A DNA stretch of 63,966 nt, filler included, from Folioceros fuciformis (lineage: Eukaryota): assembly GCA_049999805.1 (NCBI GenBank). It is 23 parts of 23 records of this genome, joined end to end, with 100 filler letters (N's around TTAATTAATTAA, not from the genome) between each part and the next. Parts side by side here need not be neighbours in the genome. Positions count along the whole stretch, not along the records: positions 13,097 to 16,229 come from JBNGIO010006595.1; positions 16,330 to 17,446 come from JBNGIO010006596.1; positions 17,547 to 18,691 come from JBNGIO010006597.1; positions 18,792 to 20,349 come from JBNGIO010006598.1; positions 20,450 to 22,010 come from JBNGIO010006599.1; positions 22,111 to 24,346 come from JBNGIO010006600.1; positions 24,447 to 26,056 come from JBNGIO010006601.1; 16 more parts are not named here. One strand, written 5' to 3'. Positions 13,097 through 24,946 of this stretch are shown here, one piece after another (the first letter of the stretch is position 1; the number at the start of each line of letters is the position of its first letter). The notes under the pieces are model-generated. The model was not told the origin of the DNA. It made no database searches and was given only the letters and a program-made list of their open reading frames with translations. The translations under genes were made by a program, and so were the position numbers.

Positions 13097-13945
13097 CACA
13101 ACTTCCGTAGTCTGCATCATTGAGACACCACCCAGCATGATAGGACATGGATCAGTCCAGGTAATTGGCACGGCACCAAACCTTGAAGTTGCCGGGAAAC
13201 TACCGAGGGCAGCTCTCGGTGTTGTACAGATTCTCCTGATGCTTGATGGGGACCAAGGCAGCAGCTGCGGGGGACCCTAGCAGGCTTTCAAGAACGTACC
13301 ACGCTGGCATGGACATGCTCACCTCAGGTAAGTGTCCGGGCAGGAGATCTCCCTAAGGTGGCAAACATTGAACCACCCCAGATTACATTTACCTGTCATG
13401 TGCGTGCGCTTGTAGTTGGTGCAGCTCACAGCCAGGGAGGACGAAGGTTCTTCAGCAGACAGCCTAAGCGATTCCCAGTAGTACCTCCTCAACCAGCTTC
13501 CAATCTCCCGAGCCTGTCTGGCACCTGCCAACACCTCCCATTGAGGATCAAATGGTAACCGAATGGTAACCCGATTCAACCAGCGTCCGCCCCAAGGATC
13601 TAAGGAAAGTATGGACCAACCTTGTTGCGTGAGCTGGCCCCAAGGATGCTCCTGCGCATGACAAGGCTCCAATTCCTGCATAAGAGTGGAAGCAGTTTGC
13701 AGTCTGGCTGCCCACAATTCCCCATGGTCCTTTCCGCTCAAGCTTCCCGCCATTGGTGACCTGTCTCCATGCCTAAACAATACATGCGCCTGGCCAGGCA
13801 CTGGACCGGTAAGTCCAAGCACAACACAGCGAGAATGCACCTGAACCAGTTCCAGTTTTGCACCGAGACCCACAGCTAATGCCAACACCCGGGAGAGGAA
13901 TGCCACATCATCCAACCTGCACAGCCTGAAGCACAATTCCATCCA
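13097..13945 (-). CDS. Histidine acid phosphatase, 5' exons (start uncertain)
   Basis: KLELVQ..VLFRHGDRSP (RHGxRxP), GQLTQQG, IGSWLRRYY, SCTNYKRT; joins the preceding scaffold by a 47-bp overlap. Confidence 0.85.
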
Positions 13946-15054
13946 CGGTTGCTGGCTCGTACGGATGTGGCTCTGTCTGTTCCATTGCGGGCAGCCCTTC
14001 AAGCGGCCAACAAGCTTGATTGGTGTCTTCGGTCCAGAAACCCGAAGGAACTTCAACACTCCTGATCAAGGAACGGATTGTCCCTGGGCAAGTACAGGTC
14101 GTTCAGGGAGCCTGGAACTCTGGTTCAGTTTATACCCTACAAATCGGTTTCACCTCAGTATCAATCTCAAAAACGGCATTTGCCATAATAGCCAGGGAAG
14201 GGTGCCAGTTCCTAGAGGCAGAAGCTGATGTGCGAACGACTGTGTCTAGCCCCCTCCCTCCCCCCCTGTGATGGGGCTGGTGCATCGTTTTCTAAACGAG
14301 CTAGAATCGTCTCACGGTTGTAACCAGATTCTGGACGTGCGCAAACCCGGAAGCAGGTAGGCTGGAAGAGCCCAGAGGCCCAGAGCAGGCCCGGCAGGGA
14401 GTAAAACATGAAAATTTCGAATACACATATGTATAGGTGAAAACCACAGCCCCATTTGGGCAACTGGGGTGGAACGGGGGCCCAAACATGTGACTGAAGA
14501 ACATGGCGGGACGAATGTATGTACACTACGGACCCCCGTGCTTTAAGGTTAGCGTGACATTTCCTCAACAACTTTCTGTCACCCTTATCACTGTAATCCC
14601 GTATGTGGTACAAGTGTGGTGGGTGGCATGTACTGTGTGTACAATGCCTGTAGGGCGTCAGACTGTCCCGCTCATACTCGCATCATTCATACGGCCTGGC
14701 TCCTCGCGCAAAAACCTTACCCCTTTAAGCATGGCGCAATAGATCCGCCCCTACGCCTGAACCGCTCTGGACATGACGCCCTCGGCAGCAAGCGAATTAT
14801 TGTTGGCCCTAGCTATCATAGCCAGGGTGAACTCTGGTAGCTATGTATGCACTTTCTCTTTGGTTTCTTTTGTTTTTTCTTGACCTATATATTGCTTGCA
14901 TTAAATTTGAGTTACAAGAGTGGCTTTGGCTGAAGGGCCTTTCACAAGGAATAATGTGGAGACTTGGAAATGCCTTCTCCATCTTATTCAATTTTATGTA
15001 AGGTCCGGAACGACTTCGATCTCAAACACATGTACATTCTTTAAGGTCCTTTGT

Positions 15055-15320
15055 ATCCATCATTTATGATAAGCATTCAACGCAAGAGATGAGTGTCTAG
15101 ATCCATCATTTATGATAAGCATTCAACGCAAAGGACGAGTGCTAGATCCATCATTTATGATAAGCAACACAAGGGATGAGTGTCCAGATCCATCATTTAT
15201 GATAAGCATTCAACGCAAGGGATACAAGGGACGAGTACTAGATCCATCATTTATGATAAGCAACACAAGGGACGAGTATCCAGATCCATCATTTATCATA
15301 AGAATTCAATGCAAGGGACT
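15055..15320. repeat. Minisatellite, 6 units of 42-54 bp
   Basis: Core ATCCATCATTTATGATAAGCA at 15055, 15101, 15146, 15188, 15242 and 15284 (last copy degenerate). Confidence 0.9.
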
Positions 15321-16329
15321 GATCACCACGTTCTTAGTCTGCACCCAATTTACATGTCTTTGTCTGATCTCGCTAATGCATACTAAAGCAAAGTAGAAAA
15401 CTTAATTTTTTATCCATACGAATAGGCTCTAATCCTCTTCTACAACCATAAAATGATGAAGGCATTGCTCCATAAAGCGAAGAAGGCATTACTCCAATCA
15501 TTCTCAAGCCATAAAATGACAAGGGATATAAAGGAGTAGTGTAGATAGGGCTGAAGGTGATACAAAGGTGTAGTGTGGATAGGGCTGAAGGTGATACAAA
15601 GGAGTAGTGTTGATCAGGAAGGAAAGGACAAGGAAGCATAAGGATCTGTGATATCACTCATATAAAGCGAGGAAAGGAGAGAGGGCGGGATATGGCAAAA
15701 CACGGGCACTGGACCAAACGGTCTGCTTGCAGTGGAGCGGGAAAGCCTTCGAGCGTTGTAGCACATGGTGCAAGCGCTTAACAAATATTGTTGGTTCGCA
15801 ACGCGATTTGTGGTGCTATCATCAACTGCAACAGTCATTGGTCAAAGAGCCCCTGCCGTTGCAAAGTATGACATCTGAATTGAAGACAAGCGGGAAGGTG
15901 TCACCTGAGAGTAGAAGATTCGTCGAGTCGCCACGGACATTAGCCATTGTGGCTGTGATGTCTCTAGGAGCTCCCCGTGGACACCTGACACCTTTCTTAG
16001 TTTTGGTGGATACCGCAATGTGGAGTGGAGTCCGAGGCAGTGAAGAATCATGAGCAACGAGTGCCCTGGAAGGGTAAGGTGTAAAGGTAAGCATACGTGG
16101 GATACACCTGAAAGACGCGGCCTAGTGATACCTCGCGACTGTTTGCATAGTTTCCACTGTTTCCAGACAACGCATCACCATAGCAATTCCAACGGTTCAT
16201 CACAGTCATTTCCTAGTGTTCCCAAGCACNNNNNNNNNNNNNNNNNNNNNNNNNNNNNNNNNNNNNNNNNNNNTTAATTAATTAANNNNNNNNNNNNNNN
16301 NNNNNNNNNNNNNNNNNNNNNNNNNNNNN

Positions 16330-16910
16330 AGAGCAGGAAGCTTTGTTCCCAGATTCAAGAAGGATGTCTCGAAGCTCACAAATATCTGTTCGCACGCGGG
16401 GTGGGGCTTGGATCAGCTTCAGCAGGGAAGGAAGCTGCATACCCAGATTCAGGAAGCAGGCCTCGAATCTGGGTACCTTCCCCACCAGAGTCTTGGGGCT
16501 TGGTTGTTTAGAATCGTTGTGGGTACTGAGATTGGCTGGCCGCTTTGATAACGGAGAATCTGATACATCAACCAGGGAGGGTGGTTACCTAGTGCCTAAT
16601 ATGAGGGGGCTACCGTATCTCGAGGCAGCTGCCTGCATCCGCAATGAGGGTTGTTGGCTTGAAGAACAGCATGACCTGAAGCTCACAAATCCCATTCGGG
16701 TCCACGTGACTTGATAAGGATGGTCTACACAGAACATGTGGTTAGCAGCTGCGCAGTGTGGTTCACTTTGGCTCCCTTGACGGCTGGCGGTGTTGGTTTC
16801 CCACCATCTGCAGTGGGATTTTGTATTAGCTTCCGGCTGGGCGCACCTCGGGTGGCACGTGCAGCAGCTGGAGATAGCGCAGCTGTATTTCAGGCAGAAG
16901 ATTCCTTGCA
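16330..16910 (+). pseudogene. Possible degenerate PLS-class PPR remnant
   Basis: Broken frames give ICSHAG..LQQGRKLHTQIQEAGLES, AQCGSL and VLASGWAHLG, reminiscent of PLS PPR motifs. Confidence 0.3.
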
Positions 16911-17774
16911 AATCGGTGCCTCTTCTTTTACCCCACACTTCTTGGGACGGCAACATGTTGCACAGGCGACAACATTACAACTATCCCTACTTCCTCCGTC
17001 TCCAGACTCTTTGAAACCATGTAACAAAGAATGCCACCACTGAAAGCGACTCCCAACAACTGAGAAGGGGTAGCAACAGTTCCAATCAACCAAGTGTCTG
17101 GGTTACGGGAAGAAACTACTAGACAGCAATCCCAGGTGGTTCGATTCACAGTCCAAAGGTTACCAGCTGGTCTGCAACGACGGGATCGTAGCTGTTCAGC
17201 TTTTTGATGGTTCTCCCCGTTACCATCTGCAGGAGTTGGACGGCTCTGGAAGTCTCACACTTTAATCAGAGATCAGTCCGAACGTGGATGCCCTCACCTG
17301 GAATGCCAATCTCAAGGCTATGAATCGGAACACTTGGGTTCGCTTCGAAAATGCAGAGACAGGAAAGAAGACATGGGCAAGCTACCGCCTATTTGATGCT
17401 TCCGTTACAAGTACATTATGAGGGAAAGGTTTGCTGCTTCTCTCCANNNNNNNNNNNNNNNNNNNNNNNNNNNNNNNNNNNNNNNNNNNNTTAATTAATT
17501 AANNNNNNNNNNNNNNNNNNNNNNNNNNNNNNNNNNNNNNNNNNNNGGCGTCAGGGTGTGAGGACCTTGGGATACCTGTCTGTGAGTGAGGTGTCAGGTC
17601 TCGCAACCTCGGGGTCCGCAGGTCCGCCGGGTCCGTCCGCATTACTGCCGTACCGCATATTGATTTACGCAACCAGCAGGCTGGTTACGTTAATGAAAAG
17701 ATTATGTCCGATGACAGCCACCTGACAGGCCTCGATCGTCACGCGAGCACTGTCCTGGGTTCCAGCCCACGACA

Positions 17775-18691
17775 ATGTGTGGATTTGCATGCAGGATGAA
17801 GGCCTTTGCAACATCAATGCTGGTCGGGGTAGGGCGGCTTATGGCTGTGGATGGCAGGTTTGGCGGGCCCCGGGGTGGTGCGCATGCAGGGTCTGGCCTT
17901 GGCTTGTGGATACGCGTCACGGTCATGATATGCAGTTTGCTGCTGACAGTGTGCGGCTTTGGAAGCAACGTCGGTGCCGAGCTCTCCCCCGATGGACAGG
18001 CACTGTTGAATTTCACGATCGAATACTCGGGTAGGCTGGGGAGGTGCGAGCCCGACTTGGCAAGCTGAACGGTATGGTGATTGGCCGTTCCTCGCTCACA
18101 TCGTTGACAATGCTGAACATGTCCGGAAGTTGGTGCATTTCGAGTGACCGAGACGGTGACTTCTTCGGAGCTACAAACCACCGAACTCTAGATGTGGACG
18201 GAGGGTGCGTACAGGCACGTCTAGCACGAATCAAGGTTCCCCTTCGGAGCTGGAATTGGCCGCGGGAGCTGGAGCAATTGTCTCTTGCTGACAGCTTCCT
18301 GACGGGAGGCTTCCCTGAGGAATTCACAACCCTCACCCAACTGGTGACCCTGGATGTGTCTCATAACTTACTCGACGGAAGCATCCCCAATTTGGAAGGG
18401 CTTACACGCCTTACCCGCCTCTCTCTCACCAGCAACAATTTTATCGGGGAGGTGCCCGCTGCCCCGACTCTGGGGTACCTGGATGCCGCCCTCAACAATT
18501 TCACAACCTTCCCCGATGCCTTCTTCCAGATGCATCCTGCTCATCAGTGGGTGAACTTCTCTCGCAACTAACTTGGAGGACAAGTATCAGATTTCGCAGG
18601 CCTCGACGTTTCCGGTCTTCATACGTTGGACTTGGCATGGAACTATCTGCACGGCCGTATCCCGTCCTTCGTGCCGGCTCTGGCGTACCTG
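17775..18691 (+). pseudogene. LRR receptor-like kinase ectodomain, copy A (internal deletions)
   Basis: LRRs (LEQLSLADSFLTGGFP, LVTLDVSHNLLDGSIP); two deletions relative to copy B; in-frame TAA at 18569. Confidence 0.85.
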
Positions 18692-18791
18692 NNNNNNNNN
18701 NNNNNNNNNNNNNNNNNNNNNNNNNNNNNNNNNNNTTAATTAATTAANNNNNNNNNNNNNNNNNNNNNNNNNNNNNNNNNNNNNNNNNNNN

Positions 18792-19898
18792 GCCGCCTTG
18801 CTCGAGAGGGGAACGGTGACGGTGATGCCTCTTCGGGACCTCCGCAAAGCCACCTCCAACTTCTCGGACTCAGCCCAGATCGGAACCGGCGGCTTCGGCA
18901 CAGTCTACGGTGGCAACCTCGCCGATGGCACCCCAATGGCCATCAAGAAGGGCAAGCGTGAGGGCTCCCCGGAGTACGAGCACCAGTTTCTCAATGAGGT
19001 CAGGATTCTGTCGGGAGTCAGTCACAGGCCCTTGGTGAAGCTGTTGGGCTGTACCATGGAGAACAAGATTGCTCTCCTCGTCTTCGAGTTTGTTCCCAAC
19101 GGCACATTGAAGGAACATCTGCAACGGTCCAGACAAGGGTTCTCTCCCCCCCTCACTTGGAGCCAACGCCTTCTCATAGCGCAGCAGACTGTCGATGCCT
19201 TAGCTTATCTTCATTCCGCTGCTGATCCTCCCATTATCCACCGGGACATCAAGTCTTCCAACATTCTGCTGGACGACGACCTGAATGGTAAGGTGGCAGA
19301 TTTCGGCATATCCAAGCTGGTTCCCACCAGCTCAGCTACCCACGTTCCCACAGCGGCAATTGAAGGCACCATGGGCTACATTGATCCAGAGTATTATTTC
19401 ACGGTACAGCTGGCTCCCAGGAGCGATGTTTACAGCTTCGGCGTCGTGCTACTGGAACTCCTCACGTCAAAGCCTGCCATTGATTTTGGGAGGGGCTATG
19501 AAGTAAGCACCTTGGTGGTGCTGGCACAGTCTGCCATGGAGAGGTGGGAGTGGCAAGAACTCATGGACCCTGTGTTGGCGGACACGCACAGTTCAGCGGA
19601 TGGGGGGCCATCGATAGCCAGCGTGGCCGCTTTGGCTGTGAGGTGCTTGGCCGCAAGATCCCGAGATCGTCCCCAAATGAAGGAGGTTCGAAACGAGTTG
19701 CAAACCCTCTGGCTTCACTGGGATTCCAACGCCTCGAGCCGCTGTCAATCGGATCACGCCCGCCATTCGGCGCAGCCACAGACTTCCGGGATTGATGGAC
19801 ATACTTCACGTGACCGTAGTTCCCACTCCTCTTTGTGGAATAGCTCCAGCACGTATCAGTACATTGGAACTGAGATGCCAAATGTGATTCACCTCTGA
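18792..19898 (+). CDS. RLK/Pelle kinase domain (WAK-like), 5'-partial, open frame
   Basis: GTGGFGTVY, AIKK, HRDIKSSNILLD, DFG, GTMGYIDPEY, SDVYSFGVVLLEL. Confidence 0.93.
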   Translation, partial: AALLERGTVTVMPLRDLRKATSNFSDSAQIGTGGFGTVYGGNLADGTPMAIKKGKREGSPEYEHQFLNEVRILSGVSHRPLVKLLGCTMENKIALLVFEFVPNGTLKEHLQRSRQGFSPPLTWSQRLLIAQQTVDALAYLHSAADPPIIHRDIKSSNILLDDDLNGKVADFGISKLVPTSSATHVPTAAIEGTMGYIDPEYYFTVQLAPRSDVYSFGVVLLELLTSKPAIDFGRGYEVSTLVVLAQSAMERWEWQELMDPVLADTHSSADGGPSIASVAALAVRCLAARSRDRPQMKEVRNELQTLWLHWDSNASSRCQSDHARHSAQPQTSGIDGHTSRDRSSHSSLWNSSSTYQYIGTEMPNVIHL

Positions 19899-20927
19899 TT
19901 CCAACACGCTGGAAGCAAGGTGCTTTTGACGCATGATGGATGGACTGATGAGCTTCATGAACATTAGCCTCTATCGTGCAGACTGTACAGAATGTGCTCG
20001 AATATGAACAGGACCGTGTGCACAAAACGTGTTCGTCCACTCCCCTGCGTGGGAAGGCTTGAGATGCCGCAAAATCTTAGAGGTATGTTAGCCTCAGTGG
20101 CTATGGAAATCCTTCACTTGCGATGCTGGCTGAGTGGTGGCAACGGAAGTCTCTCATGTCTCATCCTGCCAGCAACCCTTCTACCACAATGGCTCATGCT
20201 TACAAGGTCCTCATGTTTTGTTCGTTTTGATTGTTGTAGCAGGTATGGCTAGAGCCAAGCCAATGATTGTCAGTTCAAACAGCAAGTTTGTGTGAGAGGC
20301 GTTGAGGGCTCAGCTCAATGGCGTGCATCTTTCACTGAGGGCTCAGCTCNNNNNNNNNNNNNNNNNNNNNNNNNNNNNNNNNNNNNNNNNNNNTTAATTA
20401 ATTAANNNNNNNNNNNNNNNNNNNNNNNNNNNNNNNNNNNNNNNNNNNNCAGATTTGGTGGACAGATGCAGGCGTCAGGGTGTGAGGACCTTGGGATACC
20501 TGTCTGTGAGTGAGAGGTGTCGGGACTCGCAACCTCGGGGTCCGCAGGTCCACCGGGTCCGTCCGCATTAAGGCCGTACCGCACATTGATTTACGCAACC
20601 AGCGGGCTGGTTACGTTAATGAAAAGATTATGTCCCATGACAGCCACCTGACAGGCCTCGATCGTCACGCGAGCACTGTCCTGCGTTCCAGCCCACGACT
20701 TGAACTTGAACCATGTGGTGCCGGGCCTGCTTGCCTGCGTGGTGACGGTGAGAAAGGGTCATGCAGTTCTTCCACCTTGAAGCCAAGGTTGTGGAGTTGG
20801 GTAGTCGAGTTTTCAGTCCCGGGGGTGTCTGAATGTAAGAGGTGCGTGAGAGAGCGGGTGGCATCACTCTTCCTTTGCATTTGTAGCTGGTTGCGAGCCA
20901 CAGGAGAAGACAAGTTGTTGCTTGACA

Positions 20928-22010
20928 ATGTGTGGATTTGCATGCAGGATGAAGGCCTTTGCAACATCAATGCTGGTCGGGGTAGGGCGGCTTATGGCTG
21001 TGGACGGCAGGTTTGGCGGGCCCCGGGGTGGTGCGCATGCAGGGTCTGGCCTTGGCTTGTGGATACGCGTCACACTCATGATGACATGCAGTTTGCTGCT
21101 GACAGTGTGCTGCTTTGGAAGCAACGTCGGTGCCGAGCTCTCCCCCGATGGACAGGCAATGTTGAATTTCACGACCGAATACGCGGGTAGGCTGGGGAGG
21201 TGCGAGCCCGACTTGGCAAGCTGGAAAGCTAGCGACCTTACGCCGTGCGGTTGGATTCGTGTGATTTGCACTCCCAATTCCGCTGTGGCGGGCCTGAATT
21301 TGTCCGATTGCATTCTTCCTGGTCTAATTCAATTTAACCAGTTGAGCGGGTTGAGAAGCCTTCGAGGGTTGAAATTGGCCTCCAACCCCGGTATGGTGAT
21401 TGGCCGTTCCTCGCTCACATCGTTGACAATGCTGGACATGTCCGGAAGTTGGTGCTTTTCGAGTGACCGAGACGGTGACTTCTTCGGAGCTACAAACCTC
21501 CGAACTCTAGATGTGGGCGGAGGGTGCGTACAGGCACGTCTAGCAGGAATCAAGGTTCCCCTTCGGAGCTGGAATCGGCCGCGGGAGCTGGAGCAATTGT
21601 CTCTTGCTGACAGCTTCCTGACGGGAGGCTTCCCTGAGGAATTCACAACCCTCACCCAACTGATGACCCTGGATGTGTCTCATAACTTCCTCGACGGAAG
21701 CATTCCCAATTTGGAAGGGCTTACACGCCTCACCCGCCTCTCTCTCACCAGCAACAATTTTATCGGGGAGGTGCCCGCTGCCCCGACTCTGGGGTACCTG
21801 GATGCCGCCCTCAACAATTTCACAACCTTCCCCGATGCCTTATTCCAGATGCATCCTGCTCTTCAGTGGGTGACCCTCTCTCGCAACTAACTTGGAGGAC
21901 AAGTATCAGATTTCGCAGGCCTCGACGTTTCCGGCCTTCATACGTTGGACTTGTCATGGAACCATCTGCACGGCCGTATCCCGTCCTTCGTGCCGGCTCT
22001 GGCGTACCTG
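20928..22010 (+). pseudogene. LRR receptor-like kinase ectodomain, copy B (signal peptide, LRRNT, LRRs; in-frame stop)
   Basis: Hydrophobic leader, ELSPDGQAML..LASW..TPCGW..VIC cap and LRRs; TAA at 21888-21890 with LRRs continuing in frame after it. Confidence 0.85.
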
Positions 22011-22110
22011 NNNNNNNNNNNNNNNNNNNNNNNNNNNNNNNNNNNNNNNNNNNNTTAATTAATTAANNNNNNNNNNNNNNNNNNNNNNNNNNNNNNNNNN
22101 NNNNNNNNNN

Positions 22111-23161
22111 GCCGCCTTGCTCGAGAGGGGAACGGTGACGGTGATGCCTCTTCGGGAACTCCGCAAAGCCACGTCCAACTTCTCGGACTCAGCCCAGATC
22201 GGAAACGGCGGCTTCGGCACAGTCTACGGTGGCAACCTCGCCGATGGCACCCAAGTGGCCATCAAGAAGGGCAAGCGTGAAGGCTCCCCGGAGTACAAGC
22301 ACCAATTTCTCAATGAGGTCAGGATTCTGTCAGGGGTCAGCCACAGGCACTTGGTGAAGCTACTGGGCTGTTCCATGGAGAACAAGATTGCTCTCCTCGT
22401 CTTCGAGTTTGTTCCCAACGGCACACTGAAGGAACATCTGCAACGGACCAGACAAGGGTTCTCTCCTCTCCTCACTTCAACGCCTTCGCGTAGCACAGCA
22501 GACTGCCGATGCCTTGGCGTATCTTCACTCCGCTGCCGACCCTCCCATCATTCACCGGGACATCAAATCTTCCAACATTCTCCTTGACGACGACCTGAAT
22601 GCTAAGGTGGCAGATTTCGGCATCTCCAAGCTGGTTCCCACCAGCTCAGCTACCCACGTTTCCACATTGGCAATCCAAGGCACCATGGGCTACATTGATC
22701 CAGAGTATTATGTCACGTTGCAGCTGACTCCCAGGAGCGATGTTTACAGCTTCGGCGTTGTGCTACTGGAACTCATCACGTCAAAGCCTGCCATTGATTT
22801 TGGGAGGGGCCAGGAAGTGACCACCTTGGTGGGGCTGGCACAGTCTGCCATGGAGAGGGGGGAGTGGCAAGAACCCATCGACCCTGTGTTGGCAGACACG
22901 CACAGTTCAGCGGATGGGGGGGCTTCGATAGCCAGTGTGGCCGCTTTGGCTGTGAGGTGCTTGGCCGCAAGATCCCGAGATCGTCCCCAAATGAAGGAGG
23001 TCCGAAACGAGTTGCAAACCCTCTGGCTTCACTGGGACTCCAATGCCCCGAGCTCGTCTCAATCGGATCGTGCCTGCCATTCTGTGCAGCCGCAGACTTC
23101 TGGGGGTGATGTTCATACTTCGTATGACCCTTCTTTGTGCAATAGCTCCAGCACGTATTAG
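22111..23161 (+). pseudogene. RLK/Pelle kinase paralog with frameshift
   Basis: Close paralog of 18792-19898; a 5-bp deletion (GGAGC) near 22478 splits the kinase into two ORFs. Confidence 0.88.
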
Positions 23162-24299
23162 TACCGTGAACCTGAGATGCGGCATCACCTCTGATTCCAC
23201 CGTACTAAGGCCTCCTCCACTATGCCCTTTTTTGAAGGGGGATGGCACTTAAAAGAAGACTATAATATGGACTACAAACGGAGACCTACTATGTTAAGTT
23301 TTGCTCTTGCTATTATAATAGGCGTGGATTCATACATATCTGAAGAAACTTCGAGAATGCTGTGCACATTGCCCATGGGTCTCGATGGAATTGGTGCCTT
23401 ACTGAAAAAAAATAAGATGAGAAATCATCTACCTAGAAAAAGGTGACTTAGCCATCTAATCTAAGCTTAGTCCCACGAATCGCTAAGCCAAAAAACTACA
23501 TGAGCATCCGAAAAACTACATGGAGCACCTAGGATATCATGAAATAAAGGTATGCCCTGCTTGCATTGTTATAAAACGTTTTCCATAACTTCCTCTATAC
23601 ATATGTGTAATCATTATATATATATAATAATAAAACTTCCTTTAGTATGGGTACAAACCCAGTTTTTCGGTGTTAAGGTGGCTTCCTTTTCGTTTTTCTT
23701 GCACGTGGAGGGGGAGGAGGTTCAGGGAGCAAGATAGCTGTTGAGAGAACTACAAGATGTATGGTGAGCAGAAATACTGAGAGGATGTTCCGGACGCTGC
23801 TGTTGAACAGGGGACAACGGAAGAAACAAAGAATTGCAGAGCTGTGGACAGATGCAGGGGTGTGGGTGCGAGGACCTTGGCCGTGAGTGAGTGGACGGTC
23901 TCGCATCCCCGGGTCCACAGATCCGCCGGGCCCGTCCGTATCACTTCAGTGCCGCAGTTTGAGTTATCCAACCAGTAGGATCTGGTAGACTGAATTCAAA
24001 GATCTTGCCGGATGACCGCGACCTGAGGAGGCTCGAGTGTTCGTGGCGCGAGCACTGCCTTGCGTTCCAGCGAACGACCTGACCTTGACCTTGAAGCATG
24101 TGATGACGGGCCTGCTTGCCTGCGTGTGGACGGTGACGGGGAAATCCAGCTCTTCCCCCTTAAAGCCAAGCTTGTTTGGTTGCATCCTCGCGTAGTGGAG
24201 TCCTGAGTCCCGGGAGTGTGTGATTGCAGCAGGTGCGTGGTGGCTGCGCCATTCCTTTGCCGTTGGTCACCGCAGCAGAAGACTAGTTGTCGCTTGATT

Positions 24300-24946
24300 G
24301 TGTGTGGATTTGCATGCAGGATGAAGGCCTTCGCAACATCAATGCTNNNNNNNNNNNNNNNNNNNNNNNNNNNNNNNNNNNNNNNNNNNNTTAATTAATT
24401 AANNNNNNNNNNNNNNNNNNNNNNNNNNNNNNNNNNNNNNNNNNNNGCCTGGGGTGGTCCGCGTGCAGGACCAGGCCTTGGCCTGCGGATACGCGTCACA
24501 CTCATGATGACATGCAGTTTGCTCCTGGCAGTGTGCCGCTTTGGAAGCAAATGTCGGCGCCGAGCCCTCGCTTGATGGACACGTCCTGTTTAAATTTAAG
24601 TTCGAGGTGGGGGATGGCGTGTTCACGGAGGCGTGCGGGTCCGACTTGGCAAGCTGGAACGCTAGCGACGATACGCCGGGTGGTTGGGTCCGGGTGTTTT
24701 GCAATACCGATTCTGCTGTGCGCAGGGTCGATCTTTCCGATTGCTCTCTTTTTTCGGATGCAGACTTGGACCATTTGAGTGGTTTAAGAAGCCTCCAAGA
24801 GTTGGACTTGTCCTCCAACCCGTCGCTGTGGGATATCGATAGCTATTTATTTTCCCAAGTTCCCTGAGTTGACGTGGCTGGATGTGTCTGGAACTTGGTG
24901 CTTGGACTACCCCATTACTGAGATGCCAAATGTAATTCACCTCTGA
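24300..24946 (+). pseudogene. Third, divergent LRR-RLK copy; N-terminus fused to kinase 3' tail (spans linker)
   Basis: Signal and LRRNT homologous to copy B, then at about 24917 the sequence jumps to ACTGAGATGCCAAATG..CTCTGA matching 19869-19898. Confidence 0.78.

Noticed and set aside
15055-15320. CRISPR-like repeat/spacer appearance
   Set aside because: Intervening sequences are homologous to each other, there are no cas genes, and the context is eukaryotic
18569-18571. U-to-C RNA editing rescuing the LRR stop
   Set aside because: Such editing is organellar and this is a nuclear gene
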